Source of the DNA: Camelus dromedarius
Lineage: Eukaryota
Assembly (NCBI RefSeq): GCF_036321535.1
Contig: NC_087437.1
Location: 104,162,001 to 104,226,000 of the forward strand
Length of the DNA stretch: 64,000 nt
Direction of reading: 5' to 3'
Made by a program: the position numbers and the translations under genes. Within the stretch, counting starts at the first letter, position 1. Each line of letters opens with the position of its first letter. Below, piece after piece: positions 1-11,390 of the stretch. Under the pieces are notes generated by a model. It had not been told where the DNA came from. It searched no databases and worked only from the letters and a program-made list of their open reading frames with translations.

Positions 1-1094
1 TTTTGTTTTTGTACACATATGGGTTATGAGACTGTCACATTATCCTCTAAGGTCCTAGCAAAGCTTTTCCAGATGCCTTATCAGCACTTTTGAGACATGC
101 TAAAAATCCACTAATGGTAGCCTTATGGTCTAATCTTATTGTTAAGGTGAGTCACCAATTTACTACTTGCTAGAAGGAACAGAAGAAAGATTCTTTACAG
201 ATCAAAAAGACTACCTTTACAAAGGATTTGGAAATTAAAAACAGCAGAGCAGAAAAAAGAGAAGAAAGAATAGAAACTTAAGAATGGAAAAAAAAATTCA
301 TCAACCACAGCAGATCATTTATTTAAAATGTTTAAGGTGCTGACTCTCACAAAGATTTAGCCAGTTTGAATCACAGCTTTTACTGAGTTTTCCAATTACT
401 CTCCTCAACTTTTACTTCCTTGAAAGGCTACAGATCTCCCATTACTGCCTAAGGTTTCGTTAATTATGTATTACCAATTAATGGCACTGTTCATCCATTT
501 GCAAACTTCAAGTGCCCATCTGGATAAAACAGCACTCCCTGTTGAAACAGTGAGTTTTGAATATTTTTAATACATTTAATAAATTGGTTGTACTTTCTCT
601 AGTCCCTTATGTCCCACAGCACTCTGTCTCCCTTGTTCATCTGTAATGATAATGTGCATATTGTACAGAGCAAAAACTGTAAACCATTTAAAAAAAATCA
701 GGATCAAGCAAAAAACTTAATAGATGAATGGGTTTCCTAAATCTTCAGTGATCGTTTCTGATCTGAAAATTATCTCATCTAAGCTTCAAACGAAGAATTG
801 CTTTGCCTCCTGAGGAGGCTCAGATGCAGTCTGATTTACCCTATCTGATGGTTTTTAAAAACACTGCTAATTAGACCTAGTGGGGAGGGAGCGGCTCTCT
901 GCCGAGACCGATAAGCTACAAGAATGAGGGGGGATGCCAGGAGTGTGGCAATGCAGCAAAATGAGCTCCTGAAACTCTGCCCTGGTCGATTTTTTGATAC
1001 TGTAACAGAATCCAAGGTGGCAGCAGAAGAGAAGACAGATGGCAGGAAACAAAGGTGCTAACTAAGAGGGCTGGTAAATTTCAGAGTTACCTCT

Positions 1095-1501
1095 GGTTCT
1101 GGGCTGAATTGTGTCCACCCAAAATTCATGTTAAGGCTCTAACCCTCAGTACCTCAGAATGTGACTTTATTTGGAGAAAGGGTCTTTAAAGAGGTAATTA
1201 ATTTGAAAGGAAGGCATCAGCGTGGGACTGAATTCAGTCTGTGTCACGTTCTTACAGGAGGTGAACAGAACACAGACAGAGGGAAAAAGCACTCGACACG
1301 TGCAGGCAGAAAGCCAGCCATGTGAGCTCACGGAGAAGGTGGCAATCTGCGAGGCGGGGAGAGAGACCACAGAAGGTACCAGAGCTGTTGTTGTTTTGCT
1401 CTCAAACACGTAGCCTCCAGAACCATAAACAAATAAATTTCCCTTGTTTAAGCCACCTAATCTGTGGTATTTTGGTATGGCAGCCCTAACTAAGTCATAG
1501 A
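1095..1501 (+). mobile_element. MaLR solo LTR, MLT1B-like
   Basis: Matches MLT1 hallmarks end to end: gggctgaattgtgtccacccaaaattcatg...cagtacctcagaatgtgact...tagcctccagaa...aataaattt...gtttaagccacc...tggcagccct. Confidence 0.9.
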
Positions 1502-2754
1502 CCCCTAGATTTCCAAAGAGGATATAGTAATTCAGCAATCCACTCCCCCAGCCTGGAAAAGGTGTACAGGGGAACAGAAGGGAGTGGGTGGGGCCAAGGA
1601 AGTGGCCTGACCAGCTCTCTCAGAGACCAAAAGCAAACAAACCAAAAAACACATAGCGTCTTCCTTCCTTCCCACTACATTCTGACATCCTGCCCCTGGG
1701 GCTGGCCTTGATTTCACTCTGTTCAAGTGATTTCTAAATTCTTTTTATACCACCTCGTAATTCTCAAGTGATGTTAGCTTTTTAAAAATAAAAATAAAAA
1801 ATAATAACACTTAAGGAATTTTAGGTATGGTAGCACTGACTGTGAGACTGGGAATGCTGAGAATGATTCCCACATCCATAAAAGCTTGGAAGGCTCTGAT
1901 CCACACTCTACTAGTCAGCTAACCAATATGGATGGGCAAGGATCAGATTTGTCAAACAGGGGTTGTTCTGCTCAACAACAGAATAAGTGAAAATATGTCT
2001 CAAAGCTCAGGTTGAACAGGCTCTACCACCAGGACCTCAGTGATCGGCCAGGTATAACGAGCTTGTATGAAGCTTTCTAGGTTCGTCCTCTTCTGCTCTT
2101 ACTTTTCCTATGTGTGATAACTGTTCAGTATAGACAGAGGCCACTCATTCTTTAGATAAAAGACTAATAATTGTTAGTAACTTAATCTAAAAGATACAAA
2201 GCATTAAAACCTTATCTTGAATTTTCAAACTCTATCTTTTACAAATCTTCGTATGATCAAGTCTAAACTACTTAAAACCTGCTTACAAGAAAAGAAATTA
2301 TGTTGAAAAGGTAACCTATTTCCTCCAAAATATTATGGAAGAACTAGGGGTAATAAATATTAAAAAAAAAACAAAAACAAATTAGTCAAGTACTCTACCT
2401 ATCTGTAAAGAAAAGTATTAGCTCACATAATGTAATTTGAAAATGTTAGATTGAGGAGATTTTAGGAAAAGCTAAGACAAATAAACTGCTTACATAGTAG
2501 AATAAGACAGTGGGAAGAAGATCATTTTAAGAGCAAATTGTACTTTATAATAGATTAAATCGCTATACAAAAGCTTATTTTATTTTAGTTGCATAAAAAA
2601 CCCAGAGATACATGTAAATCTTCACTATCACAGAACTATAAAACCATTATTGTAAGAATAATAAAAATTCTAATTATTTTGATGTAACATTAAAATATAC
2701 ATGAGGAAATGTAGTGTCAGAACACATAAATGTAAAATCCATCATTGCCTCAGT

Positions 2755-3525
2755 AACACTAGGTTTTGACTGTTGTGGTTTCATAGTAAGTCTTGAGGTC
2801 AGGTAGTGTCATTCCTCTAACTTTGTTCTTCTTCAGTATTCTGTTGGCTATTTTGATTCTTTGGTTTTTCCATATAAGCTAGAATCAGTTGGCTGAAATC
2901 TGTAAAAGAACTTGCTGAGGTTTTGATGTGTTGAGTTGATACATCAAGTTGAGAATGCTGACCTCTTGACAATATTGAATCTTTCCATGAACATAAAATT
3001 CCCCTCCATTTATTTAGATCTTCTGTACTTTTTTCATCAGACTTTTATAGTTTTTCTCATGTAAATCTTGTATGTATTTTGTTAGATTTTCATCTAAGTA
3101 TTTCATTTTCTGCTGCTAATGTAAATTATATGTTGTTTTGAACTTTGAACTTGAGTTGCTCATTGCTGTTATATGAGAAAACAATTGACTTTTGTGTATT
3201 ATAGCTCATATCCTGGAACCTTAGTATAATCACTTATTAGTTCCAGGGTGGATTTTTGTTGATTCTCCAGGGTTTTCTGTGTAGACAGTCACATCATCTG
3301 TGAACAAATACAGTTTATTTCTTCATAACCTGCATAAATTTTGTTTCCTCTCATCTTACTTTATTATCTAGAACTTTCAGTACAATGTTGGAAACAAGTG
3401 ATGAGAAGAGATACCCATGCCTTATTCTTGATCTTAATGGACAAGCATCTAGTTCCTCATCATTAAGTATGTTAGTTCTAAGTCTTTTGTAGATGTTCTT
3501 TATCAAGTTGAGGATGTTTTATCCT
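2755..3525 (-). mobile_element. Old L1 (L1M-type) ORF2 fragment, antisense
   Basis: Antisense ORF2 motifs: atagtaagtcttgaggtcaggtagtg, ttgacaatattgaatctttccatgaaca, agaactttcagtacaatgttg, tttatcaagttgaggatg. Confidence 0.85.
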
Positions 3526-3849
3526 CAACTAAATTTTAAAATCCTAAATCTTTAATGTAGAGCTTTCATGCTGATGAGTGCAGAACTTATAACTCCTCAC
3601 AATGGAATAATTTTGGGGTTCCTCTTGTTTTTGTTGTTTCTTGTTTCTTGTTTTGTTTTGCTTTGCTTTGTTTTAGCAGTACCTAGAATCAAATTATCCA
3701 AGATAATTTTGGATAGTAATGCGTATTCAAGAAAGCTAAAGAAAACGTAAATTTTACATACAACTCTAACAGACATTGGTCATTTGTTTGTTCCTAAATT
3801 AAGATCTCTTGACTATATTTGAATATTTTCCCACACAGTGAGCCTTGGT

Positions 3850-4448
3850 CAGTGAAAGAGACCACCTCTACTGGAGAGATTGAAACAACTCTGACCATTA
3901 TTTTCTTGAGTTGTCTTGGACCTAGGATTTTGGAACTAGATGAAGGCTAAGAGAGCCAATATAAACACCTTACACTTCTAATTTTGAGATATTATAACAA
4001 AGTAGCACTCATAATGGAAAAATTACCCAGATGGGGAACAGTATCAAGAGTAATTACAGCAGCAGCATCCAATTTATAGGAACAGTGGGGGCTGTGGTGT
4101 GAGTGTGGCTGTTCCATTCCAGTGCCCGCGGCAAGCCCACTGATTTAAAAAACCCTAGAGCTTTTCTTCGGTTTCCTCCAAACTGTGGCTGCATGAGACA
4201 CATTTCATGTTAACACTCAACATCCACCTACCTGTTAGTGCAGTTGTGTTGTCTGGTTTCACACTGGTTTTTGAGATGAATTTTAACCTCAGCTCTTTCA
4301 TTTTGTCTATTCCTTCCTCTTTTCTAAGCTTCAATTTCAAGCTACCCATGGAATTACTAACCCATCCAATATTCTTTTAATAAAATTACTTTTGTGCTTT
4401 AATAAGATAAAATCATATTATTGCTTGCACCTGAGATTCCTATATGAT
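3850..4448 (+). mobile_element. Degenerate ERVL-class LTR (LTR33/LTR16-like)
   Basis: 3' end resembles these LTRs: ccaatattcttttaataaaattacttttgtgcttt...ttgcttgcac; internal gcagcagcagc tract; left boundary uncertain. Confidence 0.5.
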
Positions 4449-6089
4449 AGACTAGCATTGATAACCTGCTATGGGCAAGATATTAAGACTAATTTGCTTT
4501 TGGATTGTGAGGAATTATAAGAGTATAGAATTCTTTTTCTCAATTTAAATGTGGAAATCAAACCAAATGACAGGGACAACTAACTAAAATCTTACCAAAA
4601 TACAACTTTAAAAGGCATGTTCCATAATTCATTTCTGATACATGGAAAGTATAGATTACGCATACAATTTATATGCTAAACATGTGTTAGTTACTAAGCA
4701 GAGACTAAAGAATAAACTTTCTGTTCTCTTGGAGCTTAAAAGATGGAGTTAAGTATTTCAAGACATACAGGTGCATGTTGAAAAGGCCATACTACACAGC
4801 AAAAAGAAGATTATAAATACTTTTGTTACAGAATTATGAAGATAGTACTAGGTTGCTTGAAAATAATAATCTAATACTTAAGACACAAGTTTGATCAGCA
4901 ACAAAAAAGGGAAAAGAAAAGAGACAGAGTGTTTATTGTCTATAATCATATGTAAACTTAAAAAAAACTTAAGCATATTTTTTAGTTTCTATTATGTTGA
5001 GAGATAATTTACATGGCATCAATCAGAACAATTTGTAAAAAAAATTCAAACAGAGCATTTTATTTTTCTATCATACTAAATTAGAAAAATCAATCTGTAG
5101 CTTTATTTCTAATATATGTGATTAAATATATTTCTTCTTTAGGCATCAAATACATGAGGGAACAAAATAGTGTGCAATAAAATATTCCCAACACTTATAC
5201 TCATATGATCAAAATAGTTCAAAGGTGTACACACTTCAAAAAGTTTCCATATAGCTGAAAGAATTATTCACTATCCTCTCCAGAGGGGTTTTATTATAAA
5301 TTACATATTTCTGTTTCTTAAGAAAAGACAATCATGTATTCATTGAAAAAAGGTTTCAAATTCTAATGCTGAATCAGTTGGAGTAGCTTGAAGGAGAACG
5401 GTAACAACTAGAAACTCCAGAGAAAAGTACAAAAATAGTCTGTCTTAAAAAATAAGATGGATACCTAGGTAATCAGGGACTGAGGGGCCAAGCTGCTAAA
5501 GCATAAGGACCTTCAAAGTAGTGAGTTGACATTCTGTCGGCCTCCTTTCCCCTTCGGTCATGTTGAAACTCGGTAGGCAAAACAAGGAACATTGACAGAA
5601 AAGATAGCAAATTGGAGGCAAAAAGCCAAGCACAGCTCTTAGCAATATTGCAGAGTTGGGAGGGCAAGCTTGAACATCAGAACAGGTAAAGCAACCAGGA
5701 CTGAAGTAGCCAAGATAATGGAAAGAAGCAAGGAACTGATAAATTTACACGAAGATGGAATAATCAAGAGGGGTGAGAAGGCTAGTTTCTTTAATGACAA
5801 TGCAAATCAGAATTGAAGCTGACATAAGTCAGCATCTGGAACAAATAATTTTAGAATAAAAACATATCAGGAGCTACTTTTTCTTCGTACTTATTTAACC
5901 ACATCCTGTTCGTAGTTTCATGTTCAAGATATCCTTTCCAACATATAAAATTAAGTCAGCGTACATGTATCAAAACTGCTTTGTCAAATATGGATTAAAT
6001 ATTTCAGCAATTATATATGAATTTTAAAATCCTATATATAAAATCAGTGTCTAGAAAGCAGTCATCACTTAGTTTTAACCTTGACACAG

Positions 6090-6125
6090 TTTGTGTGTGT
6101 GTGTGTGGGGGGGGTGTATGTGTGT
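6090..6125. repeat. (GT)n microsatellite interrupted by a G-run
   Basis: ttgtgtgtgtgtgtgtggggggggtgtatgtgtg seen directly. Confidence 0.9.
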
Positions 6126-6405
6126 TTTAATAATGTAACTGTCTGCTTTTAGATTATCTTTTTCTGCTTGAAATTACTTTGAAAAACTTTTAAAAATACT
6201 ATTATGTTTTGCTGTTTATATAAATAAGTATGCCTTTTCTCTTGATTATTATTAGCCACTATTTTATGAGTTAGTAGATATGGTCTTTCAGAGATTGTTG
6301 GGCATTTGTTTTCAAGTTCCTGACTTAGAACTTGGATTGGGGGAAAAAAATCTGAAATGTACTACCACATACAGTGAAAAAGTACATGTTCGAGACCCTT
6401 ATGTA

Positions 6406-6530
6406 CAGGGTGATCATGTAATTTATCATCCAAAATGGAGTGAGAATGAAATGGTGGCTGTTTATTATCGTGCCAGGAAATCAGGAAAATACTGGATTGT
6501 CACAGAAAACTCAGATGTATGATAACCCAA
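6406..6530 (+). mobile_element. MER94-like non-autonomous hAT-Blackjack element
   Basis: Degenerate TIRs cagggtgatcatgtaatttatcatccaaa ... gatgtatgataacccaa, about 125 bp, internal layout like MER94. Confidence 0.7.
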
Positions 6531-9500
6531 TGCATAAACCTCTGTGACTTAACAGAGCCCAGAGTTCACAATTTACTGTTCCATAAATATCGACTGAAGC
6601 TGATTCTAAAAGGAACGAACAAACTGAAGGAGAATTAAGAGTTTTAGCTTCAAACTGAAGAGAAATCAGAACTTTTATAGATCTGTAGGGATACTGTCTC
6701 CTATACATTGTCTTGATGGTGAAACTATAACTAAAATGTTTTTAATGAAATAACTAATGCTAGTCAGCTTAATGAAATAAATCCAAATGATATCTATGCA
6801 AATAATATCTTACAATGAATATTTTTAAAATTTCTCTTTATCATTCACTTTATTTATTGTCCAGATCTTAATATAATCAGTAACAGATCACAGTTAGTGG
6901 ATTTTAAACACAAATTCTTTCCCCTTGTATATCATAATTGACATATGGAGCAGAATATTTTCCAGAGTAATTCCCAGATTATAACTGATAACTCAAAGTG
7001 TGATCATTATGAATATGAGATAGATTTCACCATCAGTATTATATAAATATTTCAAAATGACTTTGGAAAATTTGTTGAAAGTAGACAAAATTCTGAAAGT
7101 CCCTTTAAGGAAATCATGGTTAATTAAAATGGGAGTTCACTTAGCACATCTAAGAGGACTGAACTGCAATGGGTCAGGCAAAACTTAGTTTCCACCTGCT
7201 TTGAAATCTGCTCTGCCTAGCTGAGGCTATCAGAAGTCTGACAACTGTAGACTCAGCTGTCACTCTCTCTACTGAGTCAGTGGATGTACCACTTGGCAAG
7301 GTTGGCAGCAACACCGTCTGAAAGCAGGCTATCACTCTCATTCTGGTTAGGCTGGTGGAATTGTAAAATAAAGTGCTATGGTGGGTATAGAATTTCACAA
7401 TGTGCATCAACCCCTCATGTGGGGACTGGCAAATGTTAGAGAATTTTAAAGAAAGTCAAAATAAAAATCAATTTAACTAAATTGGATTTATAATTGGTTA
7501 TAAATTTCTCAACACTCTATTTTGGCTGGAAAGCACATAACATACCATTACTGTACAAAAGACATCGAAAACTGCATCCTGTGTAATGATGATCAATATT
7601 TATTTATGTTAAAACAAAATTATTTTAATTGAGTGTGCAGTGGGGTATGATGTTTCCATTCCATGCAAATATCACATCTTACAGTTTGGGGTAAACATAA
7701 ATTTAAATCAAAGAATATCCTAGACTTATTGAAGGGAACCCTAATTACTCCTCATTCTATTAAAATTGCATAGATTATTTAATAAACTTCCCAACTGCTA
7801 AAATAATAACTAGAATTGAAGAGGAACTGATGAATTCCAGCATCAATTTCAGGCAATTCCCTCTTTGACTCCTACTCAGGAATATGTTTAATAATTAGCC
7901 CTCTGAGAGATGAGGGGGAAACCTTGGCTTTTAGGCTCTGTTGATTCCCATGATGTAAATACTCCCATTAAAGTTGATTATAAGCTACTTGAAAATTTAA
8001 CAGTCAGTCCCTTGAGCCAGCCTGGGCTGACTCCAGCACAACACTGCTTATGCTCTTCCTATAGAGAAAAGACATGACATTAATTAATATTAATTAATCT
8101 GCAGATTCCTCTAGCCACTCTACGTAACTTTAGAAATGTTCACATTTGCTTTTTCTGTTGCTCATGACTCCCCCAATTTTCTCTTTGTCAGTACTAAGCT
8201 GTTTCCTATGTACTTATTTTTTTTACACAATACTAGGTGTTCAGTGAAGGAAACAACTATATGATGGACACTTTTTGCACTTTTCCAGTATCATTACTAG
8301 ACGTTCAGAGAGTTGTCAACAACACAAATGCTGTTGGTGTTGATGACCATATAAGGGTAAGGGTAATCTACAGTCTGAAACCCCATCAAACGAGTTGCCC
8401 TGCAAAGCTCTATAGAAATTGATCACAACAATCAATTCCAGTTTACAACCAGAGCTAGTCATCAATATACTGATTATTCCAGGAGACGAGTTGATACTTT
8501 CCCAACCACATATATTGAACTAGAAAAAGAAGGCTATGGTGTAGTTCTTACCACATCGTCCTGATGTTATAACCTAGATACTAATTACAGCAGGAGAGAG
8601 AGCACAGCTTTGTTAATAATTGACCTTTAATGTCTCACAGACTTATGGTCATAATCTTTCTCCCCGATTCTCAGGTCCTGCCTTGCCGTATCACTGTATA
8701 CAGTCCCCCAGTGTCATGGAGCAATAGAGATCCTGAACACGTGCTGGCAATTCTTCCTAAATGAGTTTCCCCTATGCATGCTGCAGCAGAAGGCTTGGTC
8801 TATGCGTTGTTTGGGAATTTGCAAGCCCCCATATCAGCGTGCTCTTTGAGGAGTACCATCCATCACTTTGTATATGGGAGAAATGGGAATGGAGGCTATC
8901 TCAAGGCTCCAATTTGAAAAAAAAATTAAGCTCATAAAATTTTATTAAAACACAAAATAGAATTATTTGTTTGGAATCCATATTAGAACATGAACTTAGT
9001 TTAAATTGCAATTTTTTAATTAAATATAAACTAATAATTGACCATAACTTTCAGAATTAGCATAGAACTAAAGATAGTTGGAAAATCAAGAGGTTTAATT
9101 GTCCCCTTAGCCTGCCACCTTAACATTGACTTTGCAGAAGTAGCTTACGAATTGCCAGACAGTACAGTGTGATACTCCAGAAAATGAGACGCTCTTCCAC
9201 TTTACTCCATTGTTACTGAAATTTATTCTCATCAAGTATGCTTGAGGAGTTCATTACTATCTCTCAAAGAAATTAAAAGATTTATGCAACAATTGCATCT
9301 GTTGTTATTTGTTCATTAAAAAAAAGCATCCTTGGAATGGAGCATGATAGAATTTTTCCACCTTAGATAATCAGCTGCACCTAACTTGGCTTTAGTTTAC
9401 ACTTGACTTTGAAATATGGTTAAAAAGTTATTATTCCAATGAGCATATTATCCGTGATGTTGTCCTGTGATCAAGTAAGTCCTTTGGAATGTACGCTGCT

Positions 9501-10514
9501 ATTTAACCTCAAGGCATATTTTCTTAATTGTACCATTTCTATTACACCTATTTATGCTTCTTTGGTCCACAGGATATATTTACATGTCCTGAATTACTGT
9601 AATTACTCAGCCAGTACTCAGCTTATCTTTTTGCACACACACTCTGCACCTGGATAGTTTATTTGCATATTAGGGACATCTTTCCCTCCCCTGCTGCCAT
9701 AAATTAGGACAAATAGAACTTGTTATCACAGGAGAGAAGAATCATCCTTTCTCTCATCAAATATTACTCTTAAACACTTCAGAAGACCCCTTGTCTCAAC
9801 AGAAATGATATTTTTTTCACAATGATTTCAAAAACTTTCTTCTGTGATTGGCACTGTAATTTGCTTGTGGCCTTTATCCAACTAAATGAGAGAGAAAGAG
9901 AAACATTTTTAACCCCAATGCATATATATTGTGAATATTTTCCCTAACATGAGGATGAAATGTACAAAGATTTATTTTGCTAGATTGAATCTTAATTTGG
10001 GGGAGAGACATGTATTTTAAATTTATTAGTTTGAACAAGTTCACCTGAGACATTGTCTTTAAAATGGTTTGTAAACATTTCAATCTTCCTATATTCCTGT
10101 TGTTGAGAAAGTCGTGGAGATACAATTTAATTATGCAAAACTCCATGACATTTTTATTATCACAGGTAAATGTTGACTCTTTTTCTTTTGAGCTGAATTT
10201 TACTTTTAATACATCTTTTTTTTTTTCTCTTTTTACAGATGAATGAGGTCAACACGATAAAGAGCTGGTTGTTCCTTTGCTTTTTAGGATTCTTTCTACA
10301 TTCTTAACTAAATAAATCATGTTCTGACTTGAAAGATTCTGTCCTAATCATACTTTCTCCATACAATTATACCTCATTTTCACATTATCATGGGCTACTT
10401 TATCCTTTCCTTCAGGTGGGATCCCATAACGACCAGGCCTCCAGTGACTTAACACTTCTTAAGCTTCTCCTTTTATATACTTTACTATAAAGGAATTGGT
10501 ATGAAACAATAACT

Positions 10515-10730
10515 AAGGACTTTGGAAGCGAAAGACTCTAATTTTGACGCCTGAATCTGAGTTTTGTTTTTAACATTTACTAGCTATATGGCCTTAGTCA
10601 CAATTACATTATGTCTCTGTGTTTTAACTGCCTCATTCAACAATAACTAAAACAAAACAAATGTGTTGAGTACCAAACAACCCTGGGAATAGAAAGATGT
10701 ATAAGTCACAGCCTCCACCTTCAGAGAGAA
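10515..10730. mobile_element. MIR fragment followed by an L2 3'-end fragment
   Basis: ggactttggaa...catttactagctatatggccttagtcacaattac...tctctgtg (MIR core); cattcaacaa...ttgagtacc...gggaatagaaagatgtataagtcacag (L2 tail). Confidence 0.55.
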
Positions 10731-10753
10731 AATGGGATGTTGTACTGTCTTCA

Positions 10754-11390
10754 TGTTAGGTAGTTAGATAAGTGGGGGCACCAGGCAGATAAGTGGAGAA
10801 GAGGGAGGATGGTCCGGAAGATGGTGGCGTGCCCACCTCCAGCATAAAAGGATTTTGCTTCTCCGAAAAAAAAAAAAAAAAAAAGGTTAAGACTCAACAG
10901 CCATGACTGCATGGTAGCAGAAAGGACTTAACTAGACATGATCCAATGTTCATGGTATTATAATTAACATTGCGATTTAAGCTCCCTCTTTGGGTTTTTC
11001 TCTGTACACCACAGGTGAGGACATGCGCAAAGGGATTAAACATGAGTAAGCAATCCAGGGACAAGAATCTGTCAATCAATCAAAAGACCACCTCTAAGGA
11101 AGGGTATAAGAGAAGGGGGAGACAAAGACCACTGTGATTCCCCCTTGGATCAGCCTTCCTCCCACTCTTGGAGGCATCCTCTTCTTTTCCTAATTAAATA
11201 TATTATAATCTTTCTGATACAAAACGCTTTCCATCTCCCATCTATAAATCTTACCTTTCAGGTAACGCCAAGAATCAAGTTTTTTGTTTTTGGTTTTGTT
11301 TTTGTTTTTCCGTTTCACTTTTGGATAACTTTTAGACCTAGGCAAGACAGACTTGAGCCTACTCACTCTGGCCCTCCTCTGGCAGTAACC
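10754..11390 (+). mobile_element. ERV1-like LTR (cetartiodactyl type); 3' boundary uncertain
   Basis: Starts TGTTAGGTAGTTAGA; ccggaagatggtggc (ETS/YY1-like), TATA-like gggtataaga at about 11102, attaaa signal, U5-like gccaagaa; no clear TSD found. Confidence 0.6.

Noticed and set aside
8079..8098. 20-bp palindrome attaattaatattaattaat
   Set aside because: AT-only duplication of a self-complementary 10-mer; low information
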